DNA from: a virus
Taxonomy: Duplodnaviria > Heunggongvirae > Uroviricota > Caudoviricetes
Direction: 5' to 3' (one strand)
IMG/VR virus record: IMGVR_UViG_2667528045_000005
Length of the DNA: 30,049 nucleotides
A program made the position numbers and the translations under genes. The notes below the pieces were generated by a model. It saw only the letters and a program-made list of their open reading frames with translations, had not been told where the DNA came from and ran no database searches. Of this stretch, positions 26,245 through 30,049 are shown in pieces. Numbering within the stretch: position 1 is the stretch's first letter; each line of letters begins with the position of its first letter.

Positions 26245-26583
26245 TTAATTCGGCATGGTTAGCCGTTTGGGAAATAAGCTCACTACTGCACGAAAATGAT
26301 TCATCGCTGTAATAAGCGCCTTTTTCTCGTCAGTAGTCAGCTCACTTAATTCGAGTTCATGACGAGCCGCCGGTATTTTTGCCAGAAAGAAAATAGCGGC
26401 CAGCGCCCGATTATTTTCTTCAAATTGTGGGTCACGTTTATCGCGCATATCATCGACAAAACGTTCAACCTCTTTCCAGCTATCGCCCCAATATCTCGCG
26501 CGCAATTCGGCAACATGATTGAGACCGGCCAGACGTTCACCCGCTTTTAGCGGAACAGTCGCGGAAACAGCTTCGATAGCCAT
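26245..26583 (-). CDS. hypothetical early protein (P2 orf80-like)
   Basis: 112 aa, positional. Confidence 0.5.
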   Translation of the reverse strand: MAIEAVSATVPLKAGERLAGLNHVAELRARYWGDSWKEVERFVDDMRDKRDPQFEENNRALAAIFFLAKIPAARHELELSELTTDEKKALITAMNHFRAVVSLFPKRLTMPN

Positions 26584-26753
26584 GATCCCCCCCGCTTTTG
26601 AGTAGAGAGGCCAGCCAGTAAATCAGCCTGCGAGTGGCTCGGGTGCCAGCGCTTGCCGTCCTTACCTGCGATCCAGCCGTGGCCGTAGTGCATGCCGGGG
26701 CTTTGCTTAACGAGCAGCGATGCGAATGACGGTTCACTTTTCAGCATACGCAC
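26547..26753 (-). CDS. hypothetical small early protein
   Basis: 68 aa between B and the next ORF; overlaps the 5' end of the 112-aa ORF. Confidence 0.35.
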   Translation of the reverse strand: MRMLKSEPSFASLLVKQSPGMHYGHGWIAGKDGKRWHPSHSQADLLAGLSTQKRGGSWLSKLFPRLFR

Positions 26754-26754
26754 C

Positions 26755-27264
26755 TCAAATCAGACCAAACGATGCGCCAATACCGCTCATGGTATCGACC
26801 ACGCTCGACATAGCTGGATTAGTCTGCAGACGTGCATGCAGCGCCAGAGCCGACAATGACAACATGCGAATGCCGGAGTTAACGCTTTCAATCATGTTGT
26901 GCTTACGGGCAGTGGTCAGACGTTCATCAGATACCGCGCCGCTCGCCAGTTCGCCGAGTTCACGCATCGCGCGCATGACATAAGACTGCAATTTGTCTTT
27001 AGCCAACTCATTAACCGGCACGCATGGTAGGCAGTGAATCTGCGCTAAAAAACCATCAATGAGGGTTGAGTCTTCGGTCAGGTCAGTCAGCAGCCACAAT
27101 TCAGGCGGCGTGAACTGGTGAGGCTGTTCCGGGTTGAGCTTGTTACGTAACGTTTGAACGTTCATACCTGCACGCTCGGCCAGCTTCGCCATGTTGTGAC
27201 GCTGTGCGAAAATGCGGCATGCTTCGTCATAGTGGGGATGTTTGGAAACCTGAAAATCAAACAT
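26755..27264 (-). CDS. B: replication protein gpB
   Basis: Start trimmed to ATG at 27264 (MFDFQVSKHPHYDEACR...) with GAGGGA RBS; P2 gpB-like; track ORF begins at an upstream TTG. Confidence 0.8.
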   Translation of the reverse strand: MFDFQVSKHPHYDEACRIFAQRHNMAKLAERAGMNVQTLRNKLNPEQPHQFTPPELWLLTDLTEDSTLIDGFLAQIHCLPCVPVNELAKDKLQSYVMRAMRELGELASGAVSDERLTTARKHNMIESVNSGIRMLSLSALALHARLQTNPAMSSVVDTMSGIGASFGLI

Positions 27265-27296
27265 GGTTAAATTCCCTCTAACTTGCATAATCAAAT

Positions 27297-27668
27297 TCAG
27301 TTAAGAGCGGTGCGCTGGTCGATGTAGCGACAATCAATCGCTTGTTGAGTCAGCTTATCGCGCCATGCTTTTACATTTACGAGGGTTCGGCTTCGTTTAG
27401 CAGCTTCCTCTTTGTTGGAAAAGTCTTTGGTCGGAGCTTTGAGAAGGACTCCCTCATCGAGCCATTGCCAGACCAGACGCTCGCTAACACCGCGAGTAGC
27501 GGCGAAGTCTTTCACAGTCATCGTGTCTGACATAGCGGAGCGAATCATTGTCTGTAGAGCTGGCAGCATGGCGGTAACGATGGCATCAAACTGTGTTGGG
27601 TCTAGCAGCACAGTTTGATTTTGTGAGTTTTGCGAGTCGTGCGTCGAGATTGATTTTGCATCTGACAT
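27297..27668 (-). CDS. Cox/Apl-like HTH protein (putative excisionase / lytic-switch regulator); start uncertain
   Basis: First gene of the early operon, divergent from cI; HTH-like TVKDFAATRGVSERLVWQWL; 123 aa is longer than Cox or Apl, so an internal Met may be the true start. Confidence 0.45.
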   Translation of the reverse strand: MSDAKSISTHDSQNSQNQTVLLDPTQFDAIVTAMLPALQTMIRSAMSDTMTVKDFAATRGVSERLVWQWLDEGVLLKAPTKDFSNKEEAAKRSRTLVNVKAWRDKLTQQAIDCRYIDQRTALN

Positions 27669-27781
27669 ATCGCATTATCTCCTGTTGTTTGAAATGTAGT
27701 GCAGTGGTGTGCATCTTGGTCGGTGAGCACCAATATAGATCGCTAAATTTTGGTTGTAAACAAAATTCTTGTTGGTGTCAT
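27669..27781. promoter_or_regulatory. immunity switch region (early and repressor promoters and operators)
   Basis: 113-bp gap between divergent cox-like and cI starts; direct repeats GGTGTGCA (27706-27713) and GGTGAGCA (27722-27729), plus TTGTTTGAAA / TTGTAAACAA inverted elements. Confidence 0.4.
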
Positions 27782-28627
27782 ATGTCTAAAAATGATGTTA
27801 ATGCGTCTGCCGCATTGGAACGTGTCCTTTCTGCATACGGCTTTAAGCAGCAAAAGGAACTAGCCGAAAGGCTTGGCATACATGCAAACAACGTGAGTAG
27901 CTGGCTTGCTAGAAACGTAATCCCTAGCAACGTTTTCGTTGAGTGTGCTCTTGATACTGGAGCTGACCTGCGATGGCTAATTAATGGTGAGCTTGCAAAT
28001 GCAAGATTTGAAGTGGTGAAAACTAAGCTTAAAGGTAAGCAACTCTATGATGAAATCATGGCAAATGGAGGGAGGGCGGTTCTGCGTCGGATTCTCGATG
28101 CGTATGGTTTTACTCTGCAAAAAGAGCTTGGAGATTTATTAGGTATATCTTCCGGCACTATAAGCACTTGGGTTAGACGCGATTTTTTCCCCGGTGACGT
28201 GGTTGTCACTTGCGCCCTTGATACTGGCGTATCGTTAGAATGGTTATCAACCGGAAAAGGCCAGATGCGTAACAGTAATGATGGTGAACCGGCAAATGCT
28301 TTAACGATTAGAAAGTGCCGCCTCGAGGCTGGCGAACTCAAAGATATCGGACGCTGGACTCCTGATATATCTATGGTTCCATCAAATACTGATGATTTAG
28401 TGTTTATTGATGGTGTGAGCACATCTTGGCTTGTTGATAGTTCTAACTCGAAGATAGGAAATGGTCGCTGGCTTATTGGTATTGATGGCGCACTCGATGT
28501 TTTTGACGTAATCAGGTTGCCAGGCGGAAAGGTCAGGTTATCAAATAAGTCTGCTGAGTTTGAATGTAATATTTCAGATATCACACCATCAGGTGCGGTT
28601 ATTTTTACTTTGGAAAAGCATGTTTAA
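27782..28627 (+). CDS. cI: CI-like immunity repressor with tandemly duplicated N-terminal HTH domain
   Basis: Start trimmed to ATG 27782 (MSKNDVN...), 281 aa; two ~65-aa repeats (AYGFKQQKELAERLGI...CALDTGADLRWL and AYGFTLQKELGDLLGI...CALDTGVSLEWL). Confidence 0.72.
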   Translation: MSKNDVNASAALERVLSAYGFKQQKELAERLGIHANNVSSWLARNVIPSNVFVECALDTGADLRWLINGELANARFEVVKTKLKGKQLYDEIMANGGRAVLRRILDAYGFTLQKELGDLLGISSGTISTWVRRDFFPGDVVVTCALDTGVSLEWLSTGKGQMRNSNDGEPANALTIRKCRLEAGELKDIGRWTPDISMVPSNTDDLVFIDGVSTSWLVDSSNSKIGNGRWLIGIDGALDVFDVIRLPGGKVRLSNKSAEFECNISDITPSGAVIFTLEKHV

Positions 28628-28636
28628 GGAGCAGTA

Positions 28637-28975
28637 ATGAAAAAGTTTATATTTGCGATAGTCTGCATTGCACTTTCTTCCTCAGCCATAGCCGCTGAGA
28701 AGTTTAAAGAGATAGACGGCGCTGCATATGGTGACAAGTGGCCTCTAACCTTTGAAAAGGCAAAGGTATCATGTGTTAACCGTGCTTATGCTTTTGTGTA
28801 TGACATCAAAACTGATGATAGATATCCTCTGAATGGCATGGCGGTAGATGCTGTTAAATCAGGAAAGCTGGAGGGGTCTAACTTAGATGACGTATGGAAG
28901 GATGACCCTGAGTATGACGGCGTTAAAATTTCAATTTCACCGGTGATTGATGCCGCTACAGCCCTTTGTAATTAA
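28637..28975 (+). CDS. secreted small protein of unknown function (signal peptide), moron between cI and int
   Basis: 112 aa; MKKFIFAIVCIALSSSAIA signal peptide; two Cys in mature part; lower GC than the phage core. Confidence 0.6.
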   Translation: MKKFIFAIVCIALSSSAIAAEKFKEIDGAAYGDKWPLTFEKAKVSCVNRAYAFVYDIKTDDRYPLNGMAVDAVKSGKLEGSNLDDVWKDDPEYDGVKISISPVIDAATALCN

Positions 28976-28999
28976 TTTTCTTTTAGCCTCGGTATCGCA

Positions 29000-30049
29000 A
29001 TGACTGTAAGTAAACAAAAAAGTGGAAAATGGTTGTGTGAACTCTATCCAAATGGTCGAGAAGGGCGGCGTATACGTCGGCAGTTCAATACCAAAGGTGA
29101 GGCCGAGGCATTTGAAGCATTTACCAAAAGCGAGAGTGAAGATAAGCCGTGGCTCGGCAAGAAAGAAGACCGCCGACGCTTAAGCGAGATTATTCAGCTT
29201 TGGCACAATTTGCACGGTCAAGCGTTAGTCGCCAGTAAGTCGAGATTTGCAAAGCTTCAAATCGTATGTAATGGACTTGGCGACCCGATTGCATCTCGCC
29301 TTACCGCGAAAGACTGGGCTCATTATCGTGACCGTCGATTACGTGGTGAAATAGACAATGGTTATCATAAAGACCCCTCGAAATGGATCGCCAAACCTAT
29401 AACCGTCAATCGCGAACAACAATACCTAGAAGCAGTGTTTAATGAGCTCCGCCGGTTAGGGGAGTGGAGCCTACCCAATCCACTTGATGGGATCCGAGTA
29501 TTCAAAGAAGCTGAGAAAGAAATGTCCTGGCTAACTTTGTCTCAGCTCCCGGAGCTGTTTCGAGCCTGCGAGCAATACGGCAAAGAAGACCTCACCATGA
29601 TTGTTAAGGTGTGCCTTGCAACCGGCGCTCGATGGGGGGAAGCGGAGAGATTGACCCGACCTCAACTTTCTCCATATAAACTAACGTTCACCAAAACCAA
29701 AGGTAAGAAGAATCGCACAGTTCCTATTCCTAAATGGCTGTACGACGAGTTGTCCGTACGTCAAGGCAGAATGTTTAAACCCTGCTATCAGGAGTTTAAA
29801 AAGATGCTCAAACTAACGAATATTGAATTGACGGAAGGGCAGAAGACGCACGTTTTGCGTCATACTTTTGGTGCGCATTTTATGATGAACGGAGGGAATA
29901 TACTGGTGCTGCAGAAAATTCTCGGACATGCCAATATTCGAGAAACAATGAAGTATGCGCACTTTGCTCCTGACCACCTTGAACAAGCTGTAACCCTCAA
30001 TCCGTTATCGCTGTATGTTGGCGACAATGTGGCGGCAGAGGTTGCATAA
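29000..30049 (+). CDS. int: tyrosine integrase
   Basis: 349 aa; C-terminal catalytic signature (HVLRHTF...GHANIRETMKYAHF); ends exactly at the window edge. Confidence 0.9.
   Translation: MTVSKQKSGKWLCELYPNGREGRRIRRQFNTKGEAEAFEAFTKSESEDKPWLGKKEDRRRLSEIIQLWHNLHGQALVASKSRFAKLQIVCNGLGDPIASRLTAKDWAHYRDRRLRGEIDNGYHKDPSKWIAKPITVNREQQYLEAVFNELRRLGEWSLPNPLDGIRVFKEAEKEMSWLTLSQLPELFRACEQYGKEDLTMIVKVCLATGARWGEAERLTRPQLSPYKLTFTKTKGKKNRTVPIPKWLYDELSVRQGRMFKPCYQEFKKMLKLTNIELTEGQKTHVLRHTFGAHFMMNGGNILVLQKILGHANIRETMKYAHFAPDHLEQAVTLNPLSLYVGDNVAAEVA

Larger units (their letters stand above)
1..30049. mobile_element. P2/186-family temperate myovirus prophage (near-complete; ogr and att sites outside window)
   Basis: Collinear P2 gene order D-U-T-E-FII-FI-G-H-I-J-W-V-S-R-lysis-X-L-M-N-O / P-Q / cos / A...B-cox-like / cI / int, recognised from ORF translations. 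Confidence 0.9.

Noticed and set aside
1-30049. tRNA genes, att core repeats, ogr
   Set aside because: Not present in the window; the window begins at the D stop and ends at the int stop, so these would lie just outside.

Overview
The window is almost entirely one P2/186-family temperate myovirus prophage, read here in the reverse of the standard P2 map. Calls rest on reading the ORF translations against remembered P2/186 protein sequences and motifs; no database search was possible. On the minus strand, left to right: tail genes D, U, T, E/E+E' (with the T6G -1 frameshift site), FII, FI; a tail-fibre region (H, G) with an apparently frozen Hin/Gin-type invertible segment and a truncated invertase; baseplate I, J, W, V; S, R; lysis genes lysC, lysB, K, Y; X, L; terminase small subunit M, capsid N, scaffold O. 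On the plus strand: terminase P and portal Q. Beyond Q lies an AT-rich 334-aa orphan gene with its own sigma70-like promoter, then a 186-type cos sequence, a bidirectional terminator, and a small accessory island (small ORFs, two 69-bp structured repeats, a DinI-like gene, and a perfect LexA box). The rest is the early/replication operon (A, TraR-like, small ORFs, B, Cox/Apl-like), a tandem-HTH CI-like repressor, a secreted small protein and a tyrosine integrase ending at the window edge. The best candidate for an undescribed system is the 334-aa gene between Q and cos, which sits in the position equivalent to the P2 old/tin hotspot; its function is unknown. The ogr gene and both att sites lie outside the window.
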